A stretch of 32,000 nt of DNA. Origin: Methanococcoides methylutens. Lineage in GTDB: Archaea; Halobacteriota; Methanosarcinia; Methanosarcinales; Methanosarcinaceae. Below the pieces are notes generated by a model, which saw only the letters and a program-made list of their open reading frames with translations, searched no databases and had not been told where the DNA came from. Location: assembly GCF_000765475.1 (NCBI RefSeq), contig NZ_JRHO01000002.1, forward strand, positions 99,374 through 131,373, in the 5' to 3' direction. Position 1 is the stretch's first letter. Every line of letters begins with the position of its first letter. Below are positions 1-8,743 of this stretch, one piece after another. A program made the position numbers and the translations under genes.

Positions 1-469
1 CCGCATCCATGTACATCTCATTGATCCCCACCATGCCTCCGGGCTTCAACACCCTTACGAATTCCCTGAATGCCCTGTTCGTATCCAGGAACTGAGCCAC
101 GAACTCGGTGATCACCACATCAAAGGTATCAGGCTCAAAGGGCAGGTCGTAGGCATCACCCATACGGAATTCCACCCTCTCACCAAGACCTAATGATTTT
201 GCCCGCTCCTTTGCCTTCCTGATGGAAACCTCCGCAATATCGACACCAACAACAGAACAGCCAAACCTTTGAGCCACAAAACAAGCACTAAATCCTGTGC
301 CACATCCGACCATCAACACCTTGCTGTCCTTGTTCACCTGGCACAGTTCAGCCAACCGTTCTGTCGATGTTAAGCCACCCACATGAAAATATGGCACCCC
401 AAGGTAACTCATGAAATCATAGTAACCCAGATCTTCGATCTCTTTCATTGAAAGGTCGTTTTCTTGCAT
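1..469 (-). CDS. class I SAM-dependent methyltransferase, 3'-truncated by window edge
   Basis: Reverse-strand reading from ATG at 469: MQENDLSMKEIEDLGYYDFMSYLGVPYFHVGG...VLMVGCGTGFSACFVAQRFGCSVVGVDIAEVSIRKA...FDVVITEF...FREFVRVLKPGG; motif I VGCGTG, acidic motif VVGVDIA and LKPGG. Confidence 0.85.
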   Translation of the reverse strand, partial: MQENDLSMKEIEDLGYYDFMSYLGVPYFHVGGLTSTERLAELCQVNKDSKVLMVGCGTGFSACFVAQRFGCSVVGVDIAEVSIRKAKERAKSLGLGERVEFRMGDAYDLPFEPDTFDVVITEFVAQFLDTNRAFREFVRVLKPGGMVGINEMYMDA

Positions 470-563
470 AATGGATCACTTCAACAGTTAAAATAAATAT
501 AGGTGTTTGTTATGTATTCAATGATCGATACTACAATATCATTGCTTTTGAATCATCATAGAT

Positions 564-899
564 TCAATCTAACTGATACTCTTTTGTTTCTTTACCCAGG
601 AAATATCCCAGAACAGTCCTGATACCTACGACTGCACCTAAAAGTATAAGCTCTTCAGTTGTTGGAGCTAATACCGTCTCAAGAATATCGGCTGCTATGT
701 AAAATTCGAGTCCGAATATTATTTTATTAGTTAGGTCTCTTCGGACTCCATTATATTCATATGGTTTCTTAAAGATCTCAAGCATGATCACTTTATAGAT
801 TGATCTCAAGCCACCATACGTTATTAAAATACTTCCTACGATCGTAAATAAGCTTGCGATTACCCTTAAGATAAACTCTACGATTGTATATGTATCCAC
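564..899 (-). CDS. DUF1622-like small membrane protein
   Basis: 111 aa ORF, two hydrophobic stretches flanking a basic region (IVGSILITYGG...; ILLGAVVGIRTVLGYFLGKE), resembles the DUF1622 family. Confidence 0.6.
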   Translation of the reverse strand: MDTYTIVEFILRVIASLFTIVGSILITYGGLRSIYKVIMLEIFKKPYEYNGVRRDLTNKIIFGLEFYIAADILETVLAPTTEELILLGAVVGIRTVLGYFLGKETKEYQLD

Positions 900-1151
900 A
901 TAATCCCTCTAATAAGAATTACTTTGAAACTAAATAAAGAGTGGTACGTATGCCTTTAATGAAGTGATTTAAATTAATAAAAAAAGGAGAAAACTTGCTT
1001 ATTCTTAACGATCTGACCCAGCCTAATTGGCATAATAATTAGAGCTATCAAGATATCAAATAATTCCTCTAATTAATGAATGATATAAAAGCAACATATA
1101 CCTAAAAATTGAATTAATGCAAAAAAGGCATTGGAAAAAGCAAGTAACAGC

Positions 1152-1649
1152 TTAAACCTGCTTCTTTTTTAACTGATCTATTCGATCATATATGTGATGG
1201 ATCAGTTCTTCAAACTTATTGATCTCTAAGAGATAGTTCTCATACGTTTGGAGTTTTATTTTTTGCTCTTCAGTATTGACATGGTCTCTATACTCTTCTA
1301 TAAGAGGAGTTATCTTTTCTTTTGCAATGTTTAATTCGGTTTCAAAACCATTCCTGATCTGTATAGCAAAGGCATCCAACAGATTCTTTTCCATATGAAG
1401 ATATGTCTTGCGGGATCCGGGTTTATGTATCCGTTTTATACCCCAGAAATGTTCAATATTCTTTATCTTAAGGCTGATAGAAGCAAGGCTATATCCGGTC
1501 CTCTGTGCCAGTTCCTCCATACTTATTTCCTTGGATTCAAAATTAAGTATCGATAAGATCTGTGCAGTGGAATCATCAACTCCATAGCCTCTAAAGATCT
1601 CATGACCAATGTCAATTATCTTTTCTTCAATGTCAGTCATTTTTCTCAC
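1152..1649 (-). CDS. GbsR/MarR-family winged-helix transcriptional regulator
   Basis: 165 aa; HTH region QILSILNFESKEISMEELAQRTGYSLASISLKIKNIEHFWGIKRIHKPGSRKTYLHM typical of GbsR-like regulators; 44 bp downstream of the SMR gene, same strand. Confidence 0.8.
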   Translation of the reverse strand: MRKMTDIEEKIIDIGHEIFRGYGVDDSTAQILSILNFESKEISMEELAQRTGYSLASISLKIKNIEHFWGIKRIHKPGSRKTYLHMEKNLLDAFAIQIRNGFETELNIAKEKITPLIEEYRDHVNTEEQKIKLQTYENYLLEINKFEELIHHIYDRIDQLKKKQV

Positions 1650-1693
1650 TTGTATATCCGATTATTTTCTATTAAATATTGGGAAATGCATGA

Positions 1694-2011
1694 TCAAGCG
1701 GATACCAGTTTTAATCCACCAATTCCAACAGCAATTAGTCCGATAAAGAAGAGCCTGGTCACATTCATTGATTCATTGAAAAGGAATATTCCCAATACTG
1801 TTGTCCCGATGATCCCGATACCTGTCCAGACCGCATAGGCTGTTCCAACAGGCAATGTTCTCAAAGCTTTTTCCAATAGATACATACTTAAAATTAAAGT
1901 AACTACTGTAAATACGACTGGATAAAACTTTGTTAAACCATCACTATATTTTAATCCAACTGCCCATCCGGTTTCAAATATTCCTGCAATTAGTAAGTAT
2001 ATCCATTCCAT
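1694..2011 (-). CDS. small multidrug resistance (SMR) family transporter, SugE/Gdx-like
   Basis: 105 aa, four TM helices, MEWIYLLIAGIFETGWAVGLKYSDG...LPVGTAYAVWTGIGIIGTTVLGIFLFNE signature. Confidence 0.9.
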   Translation of the reverse strand: MEWIYLLIAGIFETGWAVGLKYSDGLTKFYPVVFTVVTLILSMYLLEKALRTLPVGTAYAVWTGIGIIGTTVLGIFLFNESMNVTRLFFIGLIAVGIGGLKLVSA

Positions 2012-2027
2012 AATTTCTACCTTTCAT

Positions 2028-2051
2028 AGCATTTAATAAGTATTAAAAGCT
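2028..2051. promoter_or_regulatory. near-perfect 24-bp palindrome, candidate operator for the adjacent GbsR-like regulator
   Basis: AGCATTTAATA-AG-TATTAAAAGCT; all arm positions pair except one A/A; lies 16 bp upstream of the SMR start codon and next to a minus-strand AT-rich TATA-like element (~2068-2078). Confidence 0.45.
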
Positions 2052-2225
2052 ATTGATGTTGAACTTTTATTTATGCATTTTGCCAGAGAACATCACTATA
2101 ATCTTGGGACCTTCAAATAAGATAGTTACATCCTTGTAGTCTCATATTCTTACTGATGCCTGTATACTATCAAAAATAAAAAGTAACAGGTCAGAGAAGT
2201 TAAAGTAGAGCTAAGACAATGATGA

Positions 2226-2435
2226 TCATCTTCTTCTCTTGACAACAAAGAGAGCCATAACGATAGCTAATATTTTCCTCAACAACATGCGTCCATAACC
2301 TGCACCTTCTGAAGTTGCCAGATAGAAAACCCATCCAATTAGAAGAAAAATAGCAAATGCAGAACATTTAATGATGAAAAAATTAAAAAAGAAAATATAA
2401 AATCGATAACAAAACAGAAATCTCTGGATTATCAA
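2226..2435 (-). CDS. small hydrophobic hypothetical protein
   Basis: 69 aa ORF overlapping the upstream ORF by 4 nt; hydrophobic, basic C-terminus VVKRRR. Confidence 0.3.
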   Translation of the reverse strand: MIIQRFLFCYRFYIFFFNFFIIKCSAFAIFLLIGWVFYLATSEGAGYGRMLLRKILAIVMALFVVKRRR

Positions 2436-2716
2436 ACTACTGGATTATATCCCATGTGCTCTGACACGAATTTCGCGACGTCACTTGATGCCATCACGGG
2501 AAAACTGTCAAAACGGCAGATGTCCAGCCAAGGGAACATACCCGCAGCATAAGCTTCAGAGTTCTCTACATCGTATAGAACAATATGCCGACAACTGGAA
2601 AGATCATCCCATTCACCGATGATCGTAATTCCTTCCGGATATTCCCAGTTTTCAAAACGTTCTCTCACTTCATTAATGTCCTTTGAGTCAAATGTGATTA
2701 TGTCCATAAACAACAT
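2432..2716 (-). CDS. small DUF3303-like hypothetical protein
   Basis: 94 aa: MDIITFDSKDINEVRERFENWEYPEGITIIGEWDDLSSCRHIVLYDVENSEAYAAG..., soluble alpha/beta ferredoxin-fold-like pattern. Confidence 0.6.
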   Translation of the reverse strand: MLFMDIITFDSKDINEVRERFENWEYPEGITIIGEWDDLSSCRHIVLYDVENSEAYAAGMFPWLDICRFDSFPVMASSDVAKFVSEHMGYNPVV

Positions 2717-3217
2717 TTCTTTATACTCCCCTTTAATTCACTTACATTTCATCCATTCATTTAATTATAGCCGAAAGCCCCGGCTTACGGCTGATCAGGT
2801 AAGAGAATTTCATTTCATTTCTCCCAAACCCATAAAGAAGATTTACATTATCACATATATTCTTATTTATGTAAGCTTTCTATTAGCAAGCGTTAAAGTG
2901 AGAAGTAAGAACAAAAATATCAGGTCTATATTTCGAAGCTATCTGATATCTGCGAGAATCAGTGAAGTAAACCTATGCTCTTGCATTCATTATCTCAATT
3001 GAAATACGATATTTATGATCTGGTGATAAAAAAATCGTTAACATGTATGCTGAATGGAAGAAAAGAAGGTCCTCAAAGTATACGTTACATTAGATGAAGA
3101 AGCCCGCAAAACCAAACGAACGTTTTATATAAAATTCATTGTACTTAGTCAATATAGACCGCAAATTAATCTCTTAAATGCACTATATCTTGAACAAAAA
3201 TCGTATTGGGAACTTAA

Positions 3218-3868
3218 ATGACAGTCGATGAAAATGTAAAGACGATCCTTAAGGAACTTGGAAGAACAAAACTTGTCTCCGTCACAAAGACGATCGACCC
3301 TGACAGGATAAATGAATCCATCAAGGCCGGAGCCACCATCATAGGGGAGAACAGAGTTCAGGAATTCGAGGACAAATGTGATGAGATCCTGCCCTGTGAA
3401 AGGCACCTTATAGGACATTTACAGACAAACAAGGTTAAAAAAGCCGTTCAGCACTTTGATGTGATCCAGTCGGTTGACTCACTAAAGTTGATACAGGACA
3501 TTGATAAGAAAGCCAAAGACATTGACAAGGTACAGAAAGTCTTCCTTCAGATAAATATTGGCAACGAGCCACAAAAATTCGGTTTTGGGTCAGATGAGAT
3601 CGGTCAGGTGCTAACAGAAATCCATTCACTCAAAAATGTTGATGTGAAAGGACTAATGTGCATACCCCCTTACGTATCACCTGAGCAAACACGTTCATAT
3701 TTCAAGAAAATGAAAGCGCTTTTTGATGAAATGAAACAGGTAGATCAAGATAATATCGATATCCAGGAATTATCAATGGGAATGTCCAATGACTACAGGA
3801 TAGCCATCGAGGAAGGGGCTACGATGGTACGTGTTGGTTCTGCAATATTCGGAAATCGTAAATACTGA
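3218..3868 (+). CDS. YggS/PROSC family pyridoxal-phosphate-binding protein
   Basis: 216 aa: KLVSVTKTIDPDRI...GENRVQEFEDK...RHLIGHLQTNKVKKAV...IQSVDSLKL...LQINIGNEPQKFGF...LMCIPPY...ELSMGMSNDYRIAIEEGATMVRVGSAIFG. Confidence 0.95.
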   Translation: MTVDENVKTILKELGRTKLVSVTKTIDPDRINESIKAGATIIGENRVQEFEDKCDEILPCERHLIGHLQTNKVKKAVQHFDVIQSVDSLKLIQDIDKKAKDIDKVQKVFLQINIGNEPQKFGFGSDEIGQVLTEIHSLKNVDVKGLMCIPPYVSPEQTRSYFKKMKALFDEMKQVDQDNIDIQELSMGMSNDYRIAIEEGATMVRVGSAIFGNRKY

Positions 3869-3989
3869 AATACTAAAATTTAGCTTTAGATGCTTGAGCA
3901 AGGAAGATTACTCTAAGTTTAATCTGAGATATCTGAAAGAAACTAAAACCGGAATACTGAAGCTCTAAACTAAAAATGAAAAAGGAATT

Positions 3990-4616
3990 TTATCCCTTTC
4001 TAAAGAAGAATGCTATCGCGAAGATCGCTAGAATAGAACTTAAGGTCTCAAACCCCGGAATTGAAGGAAGCTCGCACCGGGCATAGATATCTTCGGGCTG
4101 AGTGTTACCTACCATATGCCATTCTGCTTTATTTCCATCGACTACATTTGCATTAGATTCAACAATATCACCAGGCATCTCCAGATAATAATGTACATCT
4201 ATAGCAGCAGCTCCGTATTCTGAATAATCGGTCGTGAAGTTGTCGGTTATCGTATGTCGGTATATAAGGTAATCCCCGTCTGTTTCCGTATAGATGTTTG
4301 GTGGAATAAGTCCACTAATGATCATCTGCACATTATCGCCATCCCAGATCTCACTATATTCTCCACCTTCAGAAGCCACAATCTCTCTGATCTGGGTTTC
4401 CTCGTTCATTAGTGAATATACATATGAGCTAGTCTCTATGATCATCGTATGCTCTAAGATCTCACCGTCTCTATCGACTTTAGTATCATATGTAAGAGTC
4501 ACACAACCACTAATAAAAATACAAAAAATAAGTATTAAACATGAAATATATTTGTAATCCATAGGTTTCCCCCTTATAAAATCTGTCAGACACAATGCAA
4601 ATAGGCCGTTTTCCAA
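3990..4616 (-). CDS. putative lipoprotein with C-terminal PGF-CTERM-like (archaeosortase) tail
   Basis: Signal peptide and lipobox LIFCIFISGCVTL; C-terminus SIPGFETLSSILAIFAIAFFFRKG. Start may be the internal Met of MDYKYISCLIL. Confidence 0.6.
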   Translation of the reverse strand: MENGLFALCLTDFIRGKPMDYKYISCLILIFCIFISGCVTLTYDTKVDRDGEILEHTMIIETSSYVYSLMNEETQIREIVASEGGEYSEIWDGDNVQMIISGLIPPNIYTETDGDYLIYRHTITDNFTTDYSEYGAAAIDVHYYLEMPGDIVESNANVVDGNKAEWHMVGNTQPEDIYARCELPSIPGFETLSSILAIFAIAFFFRKG

Positions 4617-4749
4617 TTATAAATTGGGAGCAGGAACATACTTAGCATTTTCTATGTCTATATTTCATTGGATGACTATTGGTTCACAGCCAAGTTCTTG
4701 TGAAATACAAATACTTATTGAGATCATTAAATATGCTGTTTAATATTTT

Positions 4750-5373
4750 TTAATAATCTCCTCCAAAATGAGGAATAATCCTGTGAACCTTTTTTTGGTA
4801 CTCCCTGTATTCGTCACCAAACCGTGACAGCAGTCTTTTTTCCACATGCAGCGAACCCAGATATATGTATATCGTAGACAAAATGTATATGATAAGCAGA
4901 TTGAAGGTCATAAAGGGAGTCAGCCAGATAATGATCAGACCTGAGAGCAGGAAGGGATCACGTATCCATCGGTAAATGCCCCGAATATCCAGGGAACCTG
5001 CTTCAGGAGTATTTGGTGCAGATAACTGTCCACTGATCTTGAACCTATGGGGTGCATCCATCAAACCTCTGGCACCAATGATGGCACCGATCAATTGACC
5101 GCCAACCATAAACCAGCGCCATGGAGAAGGTACTATGTAGAAGATAGGTCCCGGATTCTTGTATAGCAGGTAGATGAGTGGTAATATGGTTATCAATGCG
5201 ATAAGGCTGTACACTGGTCTGAATAATGTTTCTACCCGGGAACCCAAAATTTGCATTATAAAACGTTTGAAAGGCAGACTTGCTAAAAAGCTGTGAATAA
5301 CTGCAAATGTTACCAGACAAAATACAAGGATAATTGTGGATGAGACCAAATCTAATAACCCCCTTATTCTCAT
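4750..5373 (-). CDS. isoprenylcysteine carboxyl methyltransferase-like / NnrU-like integral membrane protein
   Basis: 207 aa multi-TM; IRGIYRWIRDPFLLSGLIIIWLTPFMTFNLL...GSLHVEKRLLSRFGDEYREYQKKVHRIIPHF C-terminal motif of the family. Confidence 0.75.
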   Translation of the reverse strand: MRIRGLLDLVSSTIILVFCLVTFAVIHSFLASLPFKRFIMQILGSRVETLFRPVYSLIALITILPLIYLLYKNPGPIFYIVPSPWRWFMVGGQLIGAIIGARGLMDAPHRFKISGQLSAPNTPEAGSLDIRGIYRWIRDPFLLSGLIIIWLTPFMTFNLLIIYILSTIYIYLGSLHVEKRLLSRFGDEYREYQKKVHRIIPHFGGDY

Positions 5374-5847
5374 TTGAATGATATTTATCTATTATTTATG
5401 ACTTGATATGACTTTCATATCTTCCTGGTGCCAATCGATTTTCGACAAGCTCCTTCACCAGCATCCAAAAATATTACATTATAGTTTCTTGATAAATATT
5501 AGAAGTTCACATAATATAAATTAAACGATATAAAGCACCCTACATCACCGGTCTTGAACAATAGTATCCTCTCCTGAGCAAGCTCGGCAATTACATGACC
5601 AAAAAGATCCTGCACATACATCAAGAAACTTGAAATGTGGACCCGAGTATTTTGTGGGAGTTGGTGATATAGTAAGTGAAATAAATGAAAGAAAATGGTC
5701 TCTGAAATCTATTATACTCTCCATTTTTCATATTGGTAAGATGTATAAGTTTCTTAATATGAGCCACAACAGATTATATAGAATTCTCTAGGAGAGGCTT
5801 GGATTATGAAAAGTCAAAAAAGCCAAAACTAAACAAAAATAAATCGT

Positions 5848-5957
5848 AAAAAAGTAAGTTGAAGGCAGTGATCAGGGATCGATCTGTCGACCTTATTGGA
5901 CAACATCTCGTTGGGCGACCCTTTCCCCCGATGTTCTCCCCCATCTCAGGTCGACCT
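5848..5957 (-). ncRNA. candidate structured non-coding RNA
   Basis: Minus-strand TATA box TTTATATG at 5982..5975 about 22-25 nt upstream; GTCGACCT (5886-5893) pairs with AGGTCGAC (5948-5955), nested AACATC (5902-5907) with GATGTT (5930-5935); GC-rich in an AT-rich ORF-less gap; T-run (A5848-5853 on +) at the 3' side. Confidence 0.35.
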
Positions 5958-6431
5958 AAAGGATTTACAAATGCCATATAAACCTTGAAAGATTATGGGG
6001 TTTTATACCCGATGGCGTTCTACCTTCTGATTCACTGCCACACCGCATCACTTATGATACGGTAATAGAGTATATGTTTTAAAACTACTAATTGTTTTTG
6101 ATATACAATCTGGTAACAAAAAAGAAATTAAATATCATAAAAGAAAAGTAAAAAAGACAGAATCTATGACCTCAGCCTTTAAGATCAGCAATAAGTAACT
6201 CACAGGTCTGACTTGAACCTGCTCAGCCTATTCTCTTCTCCTAATCTGCACCTACAAGGAATTTCTTATAATTAAATCATATGGTTGTTTACAGTTAACA
6301 CATCGGGTTTCTGCAGAACCACTTCACAAGGAGAAATAATACACCTTAAATTATCGACCAGTCGAAAACCAATTCAAGTTAAATACAACCATATCCATCT
6401 ATATATAGGGGATATAGGGGAGTAAAACCGG

Positions 6432-6935
6432 ATGCTTCGAATAGCAATAACAGGAAAGCCCGGTGTGGGAAAATCAACTGTAGTGTCAAAAATTGTGGAA
6501 AAACTTGACCTAAAAGCCTGCGGAATCCGGGCTGCCGAAATACGCGTGGAAGGTCAACGCCAGGGATTTTCGATAGAGGACATCGATACTGGCAGAAAAG
6601 GTATCCTGAGCCATGTCGAATGCACCGGCCCGAAGATGGGAAAATATCATGTGAACCTTGAAGACCTTAATGATATCGGTGCAAAGGCGATCAGGGATGC
6701 CATTGGTTGTGATCTTGTAGTAATAGATGAGGTCGGGCCCATGGAACTCAAATCTGATAACTTTATCCGGGCTGTGGAAAAGGTCCTTGATTCGGAAAGG
6801 CCAATACTTGCTGTACTTCATAGATCGAGCAAACATCCGCTGGCGCAGAGGATAAGGGAGGAGTTCGAGGTTCTGACAGTTGATGAAGTCAATCGGGACG
6901 ATCTGCCTGATATAATTACCACGAGATTCCAGTAA
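6432..6935 (+). CDS. THEP1-family nucleoside-triphosphatase
   Basis: Walker A GKPGVGKSTVV; ...RRKGILSHV...GPKMGKYHVNLEDL; Walker B DLVVIDEVGPMELKS; 167 aa. Confidence 0.9.
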   Translation: MLRIAITGKPGVGKSTVVSKIVEKLDLKACGIRAAEIRVEGQRQGFSIEDIDTGRKGILSHVECTGPKMGKYHVNLEDLNDIGAKAIRDAIGCDLVVIDEVGPMELKSDNFIRAVEKVLDSERPILAVLHRSSKHPLAQRIREEFEVLTVDEVNRDDLPDIITTRFQ

Positions 6936-7007
6936 GGCAGAGAAGAAGAAAAGAAAGCTGAGAATTCATATTTTGGATGAGCATAGCCATCAAGAGGGGA
7001 GATTTAA

Positions 7008-8681
7008 ATGGGGACAGAAACGGCAGCATTCGACTATGAAGAGGAAAGAAAGAATTTCAATTGGGATGTTCCTGAAGATTACAATTTTGTTAATACCATA
7101 AAGGAATGGGCAACGAATGAAAAAAAGTTGATGGCAGTTACCGAGCACCCGGACGGAAAGATTGAGAAAGCAGCGTACTGTGAGGTCTGGGACAATGCAA
7201 TGAGATTTGGAAATATCCTTCGGGGTTCAGGCATCCATAAAGGTGACCGGGTACTAGTAATACTTCCCAGGGGAACGGATGTTTATGTTGCGAGTCTCGG
7301 CATCTGGGCCATAGGTGGAGCTGTCGTTCCAAGTACGATCATGCTCAAAAGCAGGGACATAGACTACAGGATAATGGATGCCGGAGCAAAGGCTTTGATA
7401 ACAGATGATCCTGCAGTTGCTGATGAGGTAGATGCAATAAAGGACAGGATCCCGGAAATCAACCTATTCTTTTCAGGTCAGAGAGAAGGATGGAGAAATT
7501 ATGAAAAGGAGATCTATTCTGCATCCACAGACCTGAACCTCGAAACACTAAATGCAAGAGATCTTTTGGCCATCAACTACACCTCCGGGACCACAGGTGC
7601 ACCAAAGGGTGTATTGCATAACCATTCATTGATGTACTGCTTCGACAGGCTAAATCGATATTATTGGTGGAACACACGATCCGATGAGCTATGCTGGGCA
7701 ACAACCGAGCCAGGTTGGGCAAAATGGTATTGGGGACCGTTCGGTGCTGTTCTAAATGCAGGAGCTACCAACTTTCATTACTCCGGAAGATTTGAGCCTG
7801 AAAAATGGTTTGAACTGCTTGATAAATGGAATATAAATAAGGCATGTTTTACCCCAACGGAACTCAGGGCCATGGCAACGATCGAAGATGCGGACCAGAG
7901 ATTCGATCTGACGGAACTGAAGGTTATCTTAACTGCAGGTGAGCCCTGTACCCCGGGAATCGTTAATTTCTTCGATGAAAAGTTCGGGGTATCTGTGAGA
8001 GAGGGATACGGACAAACAGAAACCTGTGTCATTGCCTGCACCCTGCCCGGAATGAAAATAAAGCCCGGGTCCATGGGCAGGTTCACACCCGGTGTAGAGG
8101 GGGCAATTGTCGATCCCGATACAGGTGAAAAGTTACCCTCAGGCGAAAAGGGGACAATCGCTGTCGCAAGGGATCATCCTATGCTTTTCAAAGGATATCA
8201 CAACAAACCTGAAAAAACAGGAGAATGCTTTGTTGGAAACTGGTATCTGACCGGTGACCTTGCAATGCTGGATGAGGACGGATACATATGGTTCGAATCA
8301 AGGGCTGATGATATATGTATAAGTTCGGGCTACAGGATCGGTCCATTTGAAGTTGAAAGTGCAGTAAATTCTCATGAAGCTGTCATTGAATCGGCGATGA
8401 TCCCGAGTCCAGATCCAATAAGAGGAGAGGTTGTTAAGGTCTTTGTTGTCCTGAGGAAGGAATTCGAGCCATCTGAAGAACTTATTAAAGATATCCAGAA
8501 TCACGTCAAAAAGGTGACTGCTCCCTACAAATATCCAAGGGAAATCGAATTTTTAAGGGAACTACCAAAGACCATCAGTGGCAAGATCAAGCGCAAAGAG
8601 CTCAGGGTCACCGAGTTCGAGACAAAAATGGATGTAATCGAAAAGCTAAAAGAAAAAGGGCTGTGGCAAAGAGCCGATTGA
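7008..8681 (+). CDS. AMP-forming medium/branched-chain acyl-CoA synthetase (ACS superfamily)
   Basis: 557 aa: INYTSGTTGAPKGVLHNH (A3), YGQTETC, GNWYLTGDLAMLDEDGYIWFESRADD, PKTISGKIKRKELR (A10 lysine). Confidence 0.93.
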   Translation: MGTETAAFDYEEERKNFNWDVPEDYNFVNTIKEWATNEKKLMAVTEHPDGKIEKAAYCEVWDNAMRFGNILRGSGIHKGDRVLVILPRGTDVYVASLGIWAIGGAVVPSTIMLKSRDIDYRIMDAGAKALITDDPAVADEVDAIKDRIPEINLFFSGQREGWRNYEKEIYSASTDLNLETLNARDLLAINYTSGTTGAPKGVLHNHSLMYCFDRLNRYYWWNTRSDELCWATTEPGWAKWYWGPFGAVLNAGATNFHYSGRFEPEKWFELLDKWNINKACFTPTELRAMATIEDADQRFDLTELKVILTAGEPCTPGIVNFFDEKFGVSVREGYGQTETCVIACTLPGMKIKPGSMGRFTPGVEGAIVDPDTGEKLPSGEKGTIAVARDHPMLFKGYHNKPEKTGECFVGNWYLTGDLAMLDEDGYIWFESRADDICISSGYRIGPFEVESAVNSHEAVIESAMIPSPDPIRGEVVKVFVVLRKEFEPSEELIKDIQNHVKKVTAPYKYPREIEFLRELPKTISGKIKRKELRVTEFETKMDVIEKLKEKGLWQRAD

Positions 8682-8743
8682 AATAACAATCAAAAGTGTG
8701 GTCTGTAGGTAAATATTATTATTCAGTAAAGAGAAAATACTAC

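Noticed and set aside
1602-1838. 78-aa plus-strand ORF across the GbsR/SMR junction
   Set aside because: Overlaps two well-supported minus-strand genes.
2619-3002. 127-aa plus-strand ORF
   Set aside because: Overlaps the minus-strand small DUF3303-like gene and has shadow-like composition; no recognised motif.
3149-3629. Minus-strand ORFs opposite the YggS-family gene
   Set aside because: Antisense shadows of a highly conserved protein.
5848-6280. tRNA, SRP RNA or RNase P RNA in the long gap
   Set aside because: No tRNA cloverleaf, no SRP GGAAGGAAGC-like element and no RNase P conserved core seen; the short stem near 6205-6235 superficially resembles a T-arm (GGTTCAAGTC) but lacks the rest.
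7138-8504. Antisense ORFs inside the acyl-CoA synthetase gene (7138..7332, 7778..8086, 8298..8504)
   Set aside because: Shadow ORFs opposite a well-supported coding sequence, low-complexity unnatural composition, no recognisable domains.
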